Shown here in pieces: positions 1-9,706 of a DNA stretch of 64,000 bases; positions within the stretch are counted from its first letter, which is position 1; the number at the start of each line of letters is the position of its first letter. The notes beneath the pieces were generated by a model, which ran no database searches, was not told the origin of the DNA, and saw only the letters and a list, made by a program, of their open reading frames with translations. Source of the stretch: Acidimicrobiales bacterium. GTDB taxonomy: Bacteria; Actinomycetota; Acidimicrobiia; Acidimicrobiales; SZUA-35. Where the stretch lies: positions 108,458-172,457 of the forward strand of contig JAWKIL010000009.1 in NCBI GenBank assembly GCA_041394285.1, given 5' to 3'. A program made the position numbers and the translations under genes.

Positions 1-1
1 G

Positions 2-397
2 GGGCCGGGCGGCCCGGCCGGCCTGGCCCTGGTCATGTTGGGGGCCACGGCCGCCCTCGTCGTCACCGCTCCCCTCCTGTCGCCCCAGTTCCTGTTGTGG
101 CTGACCCCATGGGCCGCGCTCCAGAGCGGCGGTACCCCGGTGGGGGCCGGGGACCGGGGGGACGACCGCCGGATGCTGGTGCTGCTGACGGCGGTCGCCA
201 CCACCGTCACCGGCGCCACGCTCACCGTGTTCGGCCCGCCCGACGTTGGCCGGACCGTCCCCGCTCTGCTGCTGCTGGGGCGGGACGTGGCGCTCGTGGC
301 CCTGATCGGGGTGGCGGTACGCACCGCGCTCAGGCCGAGCGGAACACCCGTTGGGGCAGCGCAGCCCCGGCCCACACCCAGCTCGTCCGTAGCCTGA
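2..397 (+). CDS. C-terminal fragment of a hydrophobic membrane protein (gene begins upstream of window)
   Basis: The frame is open from the window edge. It has hydrophobic segments (LLSPQFLLWLTPW, VALVALIGVAV) and GC-rich third positions. No family motif was recognised. The 3' end overlaps the convergent gene by 68 nt. Confidence 0.35.
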   Translation, partial: GPGGPAGLALVMLGATAALVVTAPLLSPQFLLWLTPWAALQSGGTPVGAGDRGDDRRMLVLLTAVATTVTGATLTVFGPPDVGRTVPALLLLGRDVALVALIGVAVRTALRPSGTPVGAAQPRPTPSSSVA

Positions 398-2567
398 CGT
401 CCACCAGGTGACCCACGAAGCGGGCGGCCTGGGCGGTGGACGCCTTGGACATCCCCTGGCGGCGGCCCTCGAACCGGAACGGGATCTCCACCGGCGTCAG
501 CTCGGGGTGGGTGGCCAGCAGCTCCACCAGGATCTTGAACCCGTCGGGGCTGAGGCGGTCCAGGTCGATCCCGCCCAACCGGACGGCGAAGTAGCCCGAC
601 ATGGGATCGGCCACCCGCCCCACCCGGCCCGGGAACACGGCCCACGCCGCCCAGGTGGCCGCCTTGGACAGGGCCCGGCGCACGGCGGTGAGGCCGAGGT
701 CTTCCACCCCGCCCGGAACCCGGCGGCTGGCCACGGCCAGGTCGTGACCCTGGTCGATCGCCTCCATCAGACGGTCGATCACGGCCGGGGGGTGCTGCAG
801 GTCGCCGTCCATCACCACCGCCACCGAGCCGGCGGCCACGTCGAACCCGTCGACCACGGCCCCGCCCAGACCGCCCCAGCGGTCCTCCGGGGCCCGGGCC
901 AGGACCCGGACCGGGATGGGGGCCGACGCCGCCACGGCCCGCACCTCGTCGGCCGTGCCGTCGTCGCTGTCGTCGACGAACACCACCTCGACCGGGCGGG
1001 ACAGGCCGGCGCCGGCGATGGCGGCCACCAGGGGCGCCACGTTGGCCCGCTCGTTGCGGGTGGGCACCACCACGCTGACGAGCTGGGCATCCAGGCCGCT
1101 CCGACGGCGGGGCGGGCGGGCCGGAGGCGGGTTGACGGTGAGGATGGCGAGCAGGGCGGCGGCCAGCGCCAGGGTGAGCTTGCCACTCCCGTCGAGCAGG
1201 AGCAGGCCGAGCTGCGGACCCACCGGCAGCACCAGGAACGCCCCAACGGCGCAGCTCGTGACCAGGGCCCGGTTCCGCTGCCCGGCCGACGTGGCGGCCA
1301 GGAGCATCAGGCCCCACGTGAGGTACCAGGGCTGGGTGGTGGGATGGAGCACGGCCCAGATCACGAGGCTCCAGGCCAGGGCGAGCGGCCAGCTCCGGCT
1401 GCGGCGGAACAGGAGCCACAGGCTGGTGGCCACGGCCACGGCCACCCCGGCCAGGCGGGCCACGGCCAGGGCGGCGGCCACGTCGGCGCCGGTGGCGATG
1501 GACACGGCGCCGCCCAGGAGGCGGGTGACGCTCAGGTAGGCGTCGACCGGGGTGGTTCCGGTGAGGGCGTCGACCCAGCCCCAGCCCCAGCCCGTGAGCC
1601 GGCCGGCGGCGGCGATGACGGCGAAGGTGAGCGCGGCGCTGGCCACCGCCCGGACCGCTCGCACCCGCCAGGCGACGGACTCGGCGAGCCAGGGCCAGGT
1701 GAGGAAGGCCACGGCGAGGATGGCGGGCAGCTTGATGGCGGCGGCCAGGGCGCACAGGGCGATGCCGGCCAGGCGCCACTGGCTCCGCCGGCCCACCGCG
1801 ACCCCGGTCACCAGGAACGCCAGCATCATCGCCTCGTTGTGGGCCCCGGACACGAGATGGAGCAGCACGAGGGGGTTGGCGAACGCCAGCACCAGGGCGT
1901 CGACCGGGTCCCGGCCCAGCCCCCGGGCCAGGTCGTGCACGCCGAAGGCGGCCACCAGCAGGCCGAGCACGGCGATGAGGCGATAGGCCAGCACGGCCAC
2001 CACCACCTGGTCGCCCGAGAACTGGGCGATGGCCGACGAGGCGAACACGAACACCGGGCCGTAGGGCACGGGGGCATCGCGGTAGAGCGGGTCCACCGGC
2101 GCCAGCACCGGATCATCGGGGCCGAGGCGGGCCGGCCCCTCCTCGTAGGGGTCGTAGCCCTCGGCCGCCAGGCGGCCCTGGGCGGCGTAGGCGTAGACAT
2201 CCCGGCTCCCGAGCGGGGGCCCGATCAGCAGCGGCAGCGACCACAGCACGATGATGGCGGCCAGGCCGACGAGGGGCAGGCCGGCGCGCAGCACGTGACG
2301 GCGCAGCAGGAGCCACGCCCGGACGAGGCCGATCAGTCCGCCGTAGAACAGGAACAGCGCCGGTACCAGGCTCATGACCGGCCGTACGGGCACCGAGGGC
2401 ACCGACCACAGCCGCCCGGCCGAGCCGGGGCTGCCGGCACCGGCGAGGGTGCCGCCCGCCACCACGGCCACCGACGCCACCAGGCCGAGCCCGGCTGTGA
2501 ACGCCAGCGACCGGGCCCACCCCTCCAGGCGCGATCCAGGTCCATCCCTCATGATGGGCCTCAGCAT
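330..2567 (-). CDS. Fusion protein: N-terminal multi-pass GT-C/DUF2029-like glycosyltransferase plus C-terminal GT2 polyprenol-phosphate sugar synthase (Ppm1/DPM1-like)
   Basis: 745-aa ORF. The N-terminal ~480 aa has more than 10 hydrophobic helices and the loop SRDVYAYAAQGRLAAEGYDPY. The C-terminal part carries GT2 motifs: VSVVVPTRNERANV, VVFVDDSDDGT, VVMDGDLQHPP. Confidence 0.75.
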   Translation of the reverse strand: MLRPIMRDGPGSRLEGWARSLAFTAGLGLVASVAVVAGGTLAGAGSPGSAGRLWSVPSVPVRPVMSLVPALFLFYGGLIGLVRAWLLLRRHVLRAGLPLVGLAAIIVLWSLPLLIGPPLGSRDVYAYAAQGRLAAEGYDPYEEGPARLGPDDPVLAPVDPLYRDAPVPYGPVFVFASSAIAQFSGDQVVVAVLAYRLIAVLGLLVAAFGVHDLARGLGRDPVDALVLAFANPLVLLHLVSGAHNEAMMLAFLVTGVAVGRRSQWRLAGIALCALAAAIKLPAILAVAFLTWPWLAESVAWRVRAVRAVASAALTFAVIAAAGRLTGWGWGWVDALTGTTPVDAYLSVTRLLGGAVSIATGADVAAALAVARLAGVAVAVATSLWLLFRRSRSWPLALAWSLVIWAVLHPTTQPWYLTWGLMLLAATSAGQRNRALVTSCAVGAFLVLPVGPQLGLLLLDGSGKLTLALAAALLAILTVNPPPARPPRRRSGLDAQLVSVVVPTRNERANVAPLVAAIAGAGLSRPVEVVFVDDSDDGTADEVRAVAASAPIPVRVLARAPEDRWGGLGGAVVDGFDVAAGSVAVVMDGDLQHPPAVIDRLMEAIDQGHDLAVASRRVPGGVEDLGLTAVRRALSKAATWAAWAVFPGRVGRVADPMSGYFAVRLGGIDLDRLSPDGFKILVELLATHPELTPVEIPFRFEGRRQGMSKASTAQAARFVGHLVDVRLRTSWVWAGAALPQRVFRSA

Positions 2568-2639
2568 AGAAGCGGCGCCGGCCCAGGTGGCGCCGCACCC
2601 CGAGGGCTCCGCGCTGCCCGGGCCGCACCACCGGGCGGG

Positions 2640-3785
2640 TCAGGCCAGGGCGGTGGCCAGGCGGTCGACGATCTGGTCGAGGATGGGCGCCGAGGTGGCG
2701 AAGTTGAGCCTCGCCCGGCCCAGGCCGTGGACCCCGAAGTCGGGGCCGGACGACAGCGCCACGCCCGCCTTGTCCAACAACACCTCGGCCGGGTTGTCGC
2801 CCAGCTCGTAGGACCGGAGGTCGAGCCAGGAGAGGTAGGTGGCCTCCGGTGGGAGGTAGCCGACGCCGGGGAGATCGGCGGCCAGGCGGCTCGTCAGCTG
2901 GTCGCGCCGCTCGGTGAGGTGGGCCCGCACCGCCTCCAACCAGGGAACACCGGCGGTCCAGGCCGCCAGGGTGGCCTCGGCGCCCGGAGTCCCGACAGCC
3001 CCCAGGAGGTGGGCCGGGAGCGCGGCCAGGCGGGCGGCCAGCCCGGCATGGCCCACGTGGGCCACGGCGCAGCGCAGTCCGGCCAGGTTGAAGGCCTTGG
3101 AAGCGGCCGAGATCGTGAGGGTCCGGGCCGCCGCCTCGGGCCCGATGGTGCCCATGGGACGATGGGTCGCCCCCGGGTGCACCAGGTCGGCCCACACCTC
3201 GTCGCTCAGGATCAGCAGGTCGTGCTCCTCGGCCACCCGGGCGATGGCGGCCAGCTCGCCCTCGTCGAACACCCGGCCCGTCGGGTTGTGCGGGTTGCAC
3301 AGCAGGATGGCCCGGGTCCGGTCGTCGATGGCGGCGGCCAGCCGCTCGGGGTCGAGGCGCCAGCCGTCGGGGTCGAGCGGCACGTCGATCAGCCGCCGCC
3401 CGGTGGTGGACAGGGCGTTCAGGAACGGCGGATAGATCGGCGTGAACAGGACCACGCCGTCGCCCGGGCCGGTGAGCAGCCAGAGGGCGGTGTCGATGGC
3501 GTGGAGCACATCGCAGAACACCCGCACGTCGGCCGGGTCGATGACCCAGTTGTGGCGGTCGGCCTGCCATCGGGCGAAGGCGTCGGGGATCTGGAGCAGC
3601 GCGTGGCGGCTGTAGCCGAAGTCGCCCCGGCTGACCAGCCCCTGCAGCACCTCCACCACCACCGGAGGTGGGGCGATGTCCATGTCGGCCACCCAGGCCG
3701 GTAGCACGTCGGGGCCGTAGCGGCTCCACTTGATGCCACTGAGGTGGCGGAGGTGTTCGATGTCGAGGGGCTCAACGGCTGCCAT
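2640..3785 (-). CDS. MalY/PatB-type PLP-dependent aminotransferase / cystathionine beta-lyase
   Basis: 381 aa. The N-terminus is KWSRYGPDVLPAWVADMDIAPPP. The class I/II aminotransferase PLP-lysine context SASKAFNLAGLRC is present, as is NPHNPTGRVF. Confidence 0.85.
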   Translation of the reverse strand: MAAVEPLDIEHLRHLSGIKWSRYGPDVLPAWVADMDIAPPPVVVEVLQGLVSRGDFGYSRHALLQIPDAFARWQADRHNWVIDPADVRVFCDVLHAIDTALWLLTGPGDGVVLFTPIYPPFLNALSTTGRRLIDVPLDPDGWRLDPERLAAAIDDRTRAILLCNPHNPTGRVFDEGELAAIARVAEEHDLLILSDEVWADLVHPGATHRPMGTIGPEAAARTLTISAASKAFNLAGLRCAVAHVGHAGLAARLAALPAHLLGAVGTPGAEATLAAWTAGVPWLEAVRAHLTERRDQLTSRLAADLPGVGYLPPEATYLSWLDLRSYELGDNPAEVLLDKAGVALSSGPDFGVHGLGRARLNFATSAPILDQIVDRLATALA

Positions 3786-3890
3786 CGGGGACCGACCCTA
3801 ATGGCGATCGACCACTCTTCGCTGCTTGTGGCTGGGAACACCGGCTCCGATGCCCGATCTGGGCGGCGGGGGCGGCCATCATGGACGGCC

Positions 3891-4574
3891 ATGCCCGATC
3901 CGGTGCCCCGCCTCACCCCCCGCCCCCTCTCCCGGGCCGTCCGGCTGGCGTCCCTGGTCCACACCGGCATCCGCACCATCACGGCCCAGATCGAGCCGTA
4001 CACGGCCTGGTGGGACGCCCAGAATCAGGCGGCGGCGGGAGGCGACGGGCCGCTGCTGGTAGCCGTGGGCGACTCCACCGCCATCGGCATCGGGGCCTCG
4101 GCGCCCGACCGGAGCTACGTCGGCCTCCTCCACCGCCGCCTCCAGGAGCGCGATCCGGCGTGGCGGGTGGTGAACCTGGCCCTGTCGGGGGCCCGGGTGG
4201 CCGATGCCCTCGACCGCCAGCTCCCGGCCCTGGCCGACCTGGCGGCCGACCTGGTGGTGTGCTGCATCGGGACCAACGACCTGGTGTGGGGCAAGGAGAC
4301 GACCGCCCTGCGGGCTCAGCTACGTCGGGTGGTGGCCGAACTGCCCGACGGCGCCGTGGTGGGCCGGCCGGCCGGGGGCTCGCCCCGGGCCCGGATGGCG
4401 GCCCGAGCGCTGCACAACGCCGGCCGGGAACGGGGCCTGGCCGTGATCGACCCCTGGGCCGAGCCCACCCCGGAGGGAAGGGAACGCCTGGCCGTCGACC
4501 GCTTCCACCCCAACGACCTGGGGTACGAGCTGATGGCCGTCCCCTACGCTCGGGCCCTCGGCCTGATCCCATGA
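3891..4574 (+). CDS. SGNH/GDSL-family hydrolase
   Basis: SGNH blocks are present: VAVGDSTAIG (block I), CCIGTNDL (block III), DRFHPNDLGY (block V). I chose the internal ATG at 3891 because the longer ORF would overlap the divergent gene. Confidence 0.8.
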   Translation: MPDPVPRLTPRPLSRAVRLASLVHTGIRTITAQIEPYTAWWDAQNQAAAGGDGPLLVAVGDSTAIGIGASAPDRSYVGLLHRRLQERDPAWRVVNLALSGARVADALDRQLPALADLAADLVVCCIGTNDLVWGKETTALRAQLRRVVAELPDGAVVGRPAGGSPRARMAARALHNAGRERGLAVIDPWAEPTPEGRERLAVDRFHPNDLGYELMAVPYARALGLIP

Positions 4575-4680
4575 CGTCACCGGCCGGCGACATGGGGCGC
4601 GGCCGATGCACGGGGGTCGACCCGCGGCGAGCGGGCACGGGGTAGCGTCGCGGGGCGTGTCGGGGATTCTGAGCGGACCG

Positions 4681-5487
4681 ATGGATCTGAGCGGCGGCCG
4701 GCGGGCCCCTGCTCCCAAGTATCCCACCCTGGAGGCCACCAAAGGCCTCCTCGTGCGCCACCGGACCTCGGGCGTGGTGGGCACCGTGGTGGCGTTCTCC
4801 GGCACCCAGGTCAAGCTCCGCCAACCCAGCGGCCGGGAGCAGGTGTTCCCCGTGGCCGACGGCGCCTTCTCGGTGGACGGATCCACCGTCACCCTGGTCC
4901 GGCCGAAGCCGGCGCCGCCCGGAGCCGGGCCCCGCACCCTCACCGCTTCGGGCTCGGTGGCCGTGCCCGGTCACAAGGCCCGGGTGGCCCGGGCCAGCCG
5001 CATCCTGGTGGAAGGCCTGCACGACGCCGAGTTGGTGGAGAAGGTGTGGGGCGACGATCTGCGGGTGGAGGGCGTGGTGGTGGAGCCGCTGCACGGGGCC
5101 GATGACCTGGCCTCCGTCATCGCCGAGTTCGACCCCGGGCCCGACCGCCGCCTCGGGGTGCTGCTCGACCATCTGGTCACCGATTCCAAGGAGTCCCGCA
5201 TCGCCGCCGCCGTCGACCACCCCGACGTGCTGATCACCGGTCACCCGTTCGTCGACGTGTGGCAGGCCATCCGGCCGGCCGTCATCGGCATCCAGGGCTG
5301 GCCCGAGATCCCCCGGGGCACCGACTGGAAGACCGGCATCTGTGCCGCTCTCGGCTTCTCCGGCACCCCGGGCGAGCTGTGGACCCGCCTCCTGTCCCGG
5401 GTATCCACCTACCGCGACCTCGAGCCGGCCCTGGTCGGCGCGGTGGAGCAGCTCATCGACTTCGTCGCTCCCCCACCCGAAGATTGA
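4681..5487 (+). CDS. DUF3097-family protein
   Basis: The N-terminal KYPTLEATKGLLVRHRTSGVVGTVVAFSGTQVKL is typical of the actinobacterial DUF3097 family. The start is uncertain (ATG 4606, GTG 4657 or ATG 4681). Confidence 0.65.
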   Translation: MDLSGGRRAPAPKYPTLEATKGLLVRHRTSGVVGTVVAFSGTQVKLRQPSGREQVFPVADGAFSVDGSTVTLVRPKPAPPGAGPRTLTASGSVAVPGHKARVARASRILVEGLHDAELVEKVWGDDLRVEGVVVEPLHGADDLASVIAEFDPGPDRRLGVLLDHLVTDSKESRIAAAVDHPDVLITGHPFVDVWQAIRPAVIGIQGWPEIPRGTDWKTGICAALGFSGTPGELWTRLLSRVSTYRDLEPALVGAVEQLIDFVAPPPED

Positions 5488-5491
5488 GTGC

Positions 5492-5623
5492 GGAGCCGCC
5501 CCAGGCGGCGGGGGCGGCGAGCCCCCTAGGTGACCCGGACGCAGGCCGGGACCGGTGGGGTGGGGGCCCCAACGGCGATGGGGAGCCGCCCCAGGCGGCG
5601 GGGGCGGCGAGCCCCTAGGTGAC
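5492..5623. repeat. Two copies of a ~42-nt direct repeat, each with an internal hairpin, between convergent genes (probable bidirectional terminators)
   Basis: The sequence ggagccgccccaggcggcgggggcggcgagcccc(c)taggtgac occurs at 5492-5534 and 5582-5623. The stem is gccgcccc/ggggcggc. Copy 2 contains the TAG stop of the GGDEF-EAL gene. Confidence 0.7.
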
Positions 5624-7183
5624 AGCCGGGAGGAGGCCGATCGTGGGGTCCTCGGGGGCGCCCCAGGACTCGAACCACCGACCGGGATCCACCACGTCGG
5701 CGTAATCGGGGGCGTTGAACAGGTAGCCCTGCATCAGGCGGATCCCGGCCGCCCGCAGGAGGTCGAGCTGCTCAGGCTGCTCCACCCCCTCGGCCAGCAC
5801 GCTGAGCCCGAGCGGGCGGGCCATGGCGGCGATGGCCTCCACCACCGACAGGGCCACCTCGTCGTGGGGCAGGCCCCGCACGAAGGACCGGTCGATCTTG
5901 ACCATCCTCGCCATGTCGAGGCTGTGGGCGTGGCTGAAGGTCAGACCCCCGGTACCGAAGCCGTCGATGGCCACCGTGATCCCGAGGTCCCGCAGCTGGC
6001 GCAGGGCGTCGAGGTCCTCCACGTGGCGTGACAGCAGACGCTCCGACACCTCGACCACGATCTGCGTCGGCGCGACATCGGACCACTCGAGCAGCTCGCC
6101 CAGCTCCAGGGCGAAGTTGGGGTCGGTGAGCTGCTGCTCGGCCAGGTTGACCGACACCTGCAGGTTCCGGGCCGCCGGGTTGAGGTGGTTCCACACCGCG
6201 ATCTGGGCGCACACCTCGCGCAGCACCGTGGTGCCGAGCTTGGGCATGATCCCGACCCGGTCGGCGGCGGGCAGGAAGTCCTTCGGCTCGATCAGGCCCC
6301 GCTCCGGATGCCGCCACCGCAGCAGGGCTTCGTAGCCCACCAGGTCGTGCTCGATGACGTCGATCATCGGTTGGTAGAACACGACGAACTGGTTCTCGGC
6401 CAGAGCCCGGGTCAACTCGGCCTCCACCGCCGCCTGGTCGGCCAGTTGGGAGCGGTGGGAGTCGTCGAACACCTTGTAGGGGGCCCGCTCCCGCTTGGCC
6501 GTGTACATGGCGGCGTCGGCGTCACGCAGCAGGTCCTCGGGTGTGCGCTGGTCACCGGGCCCGGCGATGGCGATGCCGATGCTCGCTCCCACCTCGTGCA
6601 GGGAGCTGCCCAGCGCCACGGGCTCCCGGAACCGGCGCTGGATCGAGCTGGCCACGTTGAGCACCGAGTCGCCCACCAGCAGGTCGCGACAGACCACCAC
6701 GAACTCGTCGCCGCCCAGGCGGGCCACCACGTCGGTGCTGCGGATCGTGGCCCGGAGCCGGGCCGCCACCACCTTCAGCAGCTCGTCGCCGGCGTCGTGG
6801 CCCAACGTGTCGTTGACGATCTTGAACTTGTTGAGGTCGAGGAACAAAACGCCGACCACGGTCTTGTCCCGGGCCGCCCACACCAGCGACTCCTCCAGCT
6901 CCCGGTACAGCTCGGCCCGGTTGACGAGGCCGGTGAGGGCGTCGTGGCGGGCGGCGTGGCGTTCCGAGGCGATGTCGGTGGCGGCGGTGCGGTGCCGCCA
7001 CCAGCGCCCCAGCGCCCCGGCCGACGCCCCGACGACGGCCACCCCGCCCCCGGCCGCCAGCCATCCGACCTCGGCCAGCCCGAAGTACCCGCCGGCCAGC
7101 CCGCTGGCGGCGACGAGTCCCACGCCGCCGGCCCCGCAGGTGGCGACGGTGAGCGCTGAGGTGGGGAACCAGCCGTGTTCCAC
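5615..7183 (-). CDS. Membrane-anchored GGDEF-EAL protein (diguanylate cyclase / c-di-GMP phosphodiesterase)
   Basis: RLGGDEFVV (GGDEF) and YEALLRW (EAL) motifs are present, with a Gly/Ala-rich hydrophobic N-terminus. The start was trimmed to GTG 7183 because the upstream part of the ORF overlaps the divergent M50 gene region and has shadow-ORF composition. Confidence 0.85.
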   Translation of the reverse strand: MEHGWFPTSALTVATCGAGGVGLVAASGLAGGYFGLAEVGWLAAGGGVAVVGASAGALGRWWRHRTAATDIASERHAARHDALTGLVNRAELYRELEESLVWAARDKTVVGVLFLDLNKFKIVNDTLGHDAGDELLKVVAARLRATIRSTDVVARLGGDEFVVVCRDLLVGDSVLNVASSIQRRFREPVALGSSLHEVGASIGIAIAGPGDQRTPEDLLRDADAAMYTAKRERAPYKVFDDSHRSQLADQAAVEAELTRALAENQFVVFYQPMIDVIEHDLVGYEALLRWRHPERGLIEPKDFLPAADRVGIMPKLGTTVLREVCAQIAVWNHLNPAARNLQVSVNLAEQQLTDPNFALELGELLEWSDVAPTQIVVEVSERLLSRHVEDLDALRQLRDLGITVAIDGFGTGGLTFSHAHSLDMARMVKIDRSFVRGLPHDEVALSVVEAIAAMARPLGLSVLAEGVEQPEQLDLLRAAGIRLMQGYLFNAPDYADVVDPGRWFESWGAPEDPTIGLLPAVT

Positions 7184-7294
7184 CTCGCAGATAACGGCGC
7201 AACGGCGTCTCACTTGAGAGAAGTCCGCGCCGTCGCAGCCGGGGCACCGCCCCGCGACCCGACCGGCGGGGCCCCGGGTTGGCACACTGATGGG

Positions 7295-8461
7295 ATGTCT
7301 TCCCTGCGCCTGGGGCGCGTGCTCGGCATCCCGGTGGAGATCCACTGGAGCATCCTGGCCGTGGTGGCCCTGTTCACCGGCAACCTGGCCATCAGGGCCC
7401 TGCCCCTCTACGCCCCCGGTACCGATCTGCGGTGGCGGCTGGTGGCGGCCCTGGTGGGGGTGATCCTGTTCTTCGCCTCCATCCTGGCCCATGAGCTGGG
7501 GCATTCCCTGGTGGCTCTGGGGCACGGCGTGGGGGTCTCCGGCATCACCCTGTGGCTGCTGGGCGGGATGGCCGAGCTCGACCGCATGGTGCCGACGGCT
7601 CGGGCCGAGGCCCGCATCGCCGCCGCCGGACCGGCCGTGAGCGGCCTCCTGGCGGTGTTCTTCTCCGCCGTGGCGGTCATCGGCTACGAGTTGGGTGCCT
7701 GGCGCCTGGCCGTGGCGGTGGCGGCGTGGCTCGGCTTCGTGAACCTCACCCTGGGCCTGTTCAACCTGGCGCCGGCAGCCCCTCTCGACGGGGGCCGCAT
7801 CCTCACCGCAGCGCTGTGGCGCCGGACGGGCGACGCCGAGCGGGCCCGGGTGCTGGCCGGCCGGTGCGGGCTCGTGCTGTCGGTGCTGCTGGTGGTGGGC
7901 GGGGTGGTCCAGCTGATGACCGTCGGCCTCCTCGAGGGGTGGGTGATGGCGGTGGTCGGCCTGTTCGTCTTCCAGGCGGCCCGAACCGAGATCCGCTCGG
8001 CGGTGGTACGCGGCCGCCTACGGGCCACCCCGGCGGCGGCCCTGGCCGCGGCCCACCCCCCGAGCCTTCCCGACTCCACCTCGCTGCTCCAGCTCGGGCA
8101 GTGGGCGGGAGGGGCCGGGCGGGACACGGCCTATCCCGTGGTGCGCTGGGGCCTCGACCCCGTGGGCTACGTGGTCCCCCGGGCGGTGGCATCGATCCCA
8201 CCGGCCCAGCAGAGCTGGACCCGGGTGGGCCAGGTGATGGTCCGCAGCGAGAACGTCGACCGCATCGAGGCCGGCGCCACGGCCGAGGAAGTGCTGGCCC
8301 GCTGGGACGGCGACCGGTCCCGCATCGCCGTGCTCCACCACGGCCACAATCCCGCTCCCACCGCCACGTTGACCTTCGCCCAGCTGGCCCCGCTGCTGGC
8401 GTGGCCCGATATGTGGGGCCGGGACCGCAAGCGTCCCGAACCAGAGGTCCGCACCCTGTAG
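7295..8461 (+). CDS. Site-2 protease family (M50) zinc metalloprotease
   Basis: The HELGH motif appears in ILAHELGHSLVALGHGV. The protein is multi-pass membrane, with N-terminal GIPVEIHWS and NLAPAAPLDGG. The ATG at 7295 was chosen. Confidence 0.85.
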   Translation: MSSLRLGRVLGIPVEIHWSILAVVALFTGNLAIRALPLYAPGTDLRWRLVAALVGVILFFASILAHELGHSLVALGHGVGVSGITLWLLGGMAELDRMVPTARAEARIAAAGPAVSGLLAVFFSAVAVIGYELGAWRLAVAVAAWLGFVNLTLGLFNLAPAAPLDGGRILTAALWRRTGDAERARVLAGRCGLVLSVLLVVGGVVQLMTVGLLEGWVMAVVGLFVFQAARTEIRSAVVRGRLRATPAAALAAAHPPSLPDSTSLLQLGQWAGGAGRDTAYPVVRWGLDPVGYVVPRAVASIPPAQQSWTRVGQVMVRSENVDRIEAGATAEEVLARWDGDRSRIAVLHHGHNPAPTATLTFAQLAPLLAWPDMWGRDRKRPEPEVRTL

Positions 8462-8472
8462 GGTCTGAGGCC

Positions 8473-9699
8473 GTGAGCGACAACGGGCCGGTGACACCTG
8501 CTGATGGCGTGATCCCACCCGTTTCCGCGCCCACCCCTCCTCCCGACAGGATGCCCCGCTGGGTCCGCCAGGCGATCCTGCTGTGGTGGGGGATCGGCGT
8601 CGCCCTGTTCCTGGCCCTGGCCGCCGTACGTCAGCTCCGCGGCCTGCTGCTCGAGGTCCTGCTCGCCCTGTTCTTCTCGTTCGCCATGGAGACGGCAGTG
8701 GACAAGCTGGGGCGGCGGGGGGTGAAGCGGGGGGCGGCCACCGGGCTCACCATGCTGGCCGTGCTCCTGTTCTTCGCCGGCTTCCTCACCGCCATGGGCT
8801 CACTGCTGGCCAACCAGATCCGGGTCCTGGCCGACAACCTCCCCGACTATGTGGTCGCCGCCAACCTGTGGCTCGACGAGCGGTTCAACATCAACGTCGA
8901 GACGTCCGACGTGCTGGCCCAGCTGCCCCGGGCCAGCAGCTATCTCGACACGTTGGCCAACAACCTGCTCGGCGTCGGCTCGTCGGTCGTCAGCGTGATG
9001 TTCCAGCTCTTGACGATCTCGCTGTTCGCCTACTACTTCACCGCCGACGGCCCCCGCCTGCGCAGCGCCATCTGCTCGGTCCTGCCCCCGGCCCGCCAGC
9101 ACGAGGTGCTGCGGGTGTGGGAGTTGGCGATCAACAAGACGGGGGCATTCATCGCCTCCCGGGTGATCCTGGCCATCATCTCGGCCGTGGTCCACTCGAT
9201 CCTGTTCGCCGTGCTCGAACTGCCCTCGGCCATCGCTCTTGGCCTGTGGGTGGGCCTGGTGTCGCAGTTCATCCCCGTGATCGGGACCTACATCGCCGGC
9301 ATCGTGCCGGCCCTGATCGCGGTGGGCGTCGACCCCCAGAAGGCCCTGTTCGTCGTGATCGCCGTGCTGATCTACCAGCAGATCGAGAACTACGTGCTCC
9401 AGCCCCGGGTCACGGCCCAGACGCTCGACATGCACCCGGCGGTGGCCTTCGCCGCCGTGCTGGCCGGCACTGCCACGTTCGGCGTGACCGGCGCCCTGCT
9501 GGCCCTGCCCTTCCTGGCCACGGTGCAATCGTTCATCTCGGCCTACGTGGCGCGCCATACTGTGGTCGACAGCTACCTGCTGTCGACTGAGATCCCCCAC
9601 GTTGTCCGTTCCCGGCACCACAATGACGAGCAGGACCACGACGACGACGGCGTCCGCACCGAGCGGCACGCGGAAGACCAGAGCCAGGGAGACGGTTAG
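8473..9699 (+). CDS. AI-2E family (PerM/UPF0118) transporter
   Basis: There are about 8 hydrophobic helices and a C-terminal conserved block, IENYVLQPRV...MHPAVAFAAVLAG. The start is GTG 8473 or ATG 8551. Confidence 0.8.
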   Translation: MSDNGPVTPADGVIPPVSAPTPPPDRMPRWVRQAILLWWGIGVALFLALAAVRQLRGLLLEVLLALFFSFAMETAVDKLGRRGVKRGAATGLTMLAVLLFFAGFLTAMGSLLANQIRVLADNLPDYVVAANLWLDERFNINVETSDVLAQLPRASSYLDTLANNLLGVGSSVVSVMFQLLTISLFAYYFTADGPRLRSAICSVLPPARQHEVLRVWELAINKTGAFIASRVILAIISAVVHSILFAVLELPSAIALGLWVGLVSQFIPVIGTYIAGIVPALIAVGVDPQKALFVVIAVLIYQQIENYVLQPRVTAQTLDMHPAVAFAAVLAGTATFGVTGALLALPFLATVQSFISAYVARHTVVDSYLLSTEIPHVVRSRHHNDEQDHDDDGVRTERHAEDQSQGDG

Positions 9700-9706
9700 A
9701 CGGGCC

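Noticed and set aside
408-3704. The track lists very long ORFs: 408-3704+ (1098 aa), 39441-44024+ (1527 aa), 28020-30623+, 21604-23868+, 36496-39444+, 5615-7525 upstream part, and others.
   Set aside because: They run antisense or out of frame across genes with clear family motifs. Their composition is dominated by G/R/P/A/H, as expected for non-coding frames in ~70% GC DNA. No motifs were recognised. They are treated as shadow ORFs.
5492-5623. Possible CRISPR array (also considered for the repeats at 10711-10758 and 22463-22537).
   Set aside because: There are only two to four copies. The repeats are either directly tandem with no spacers or separated by a single 47-nt gap. No cas genes are present in the window.
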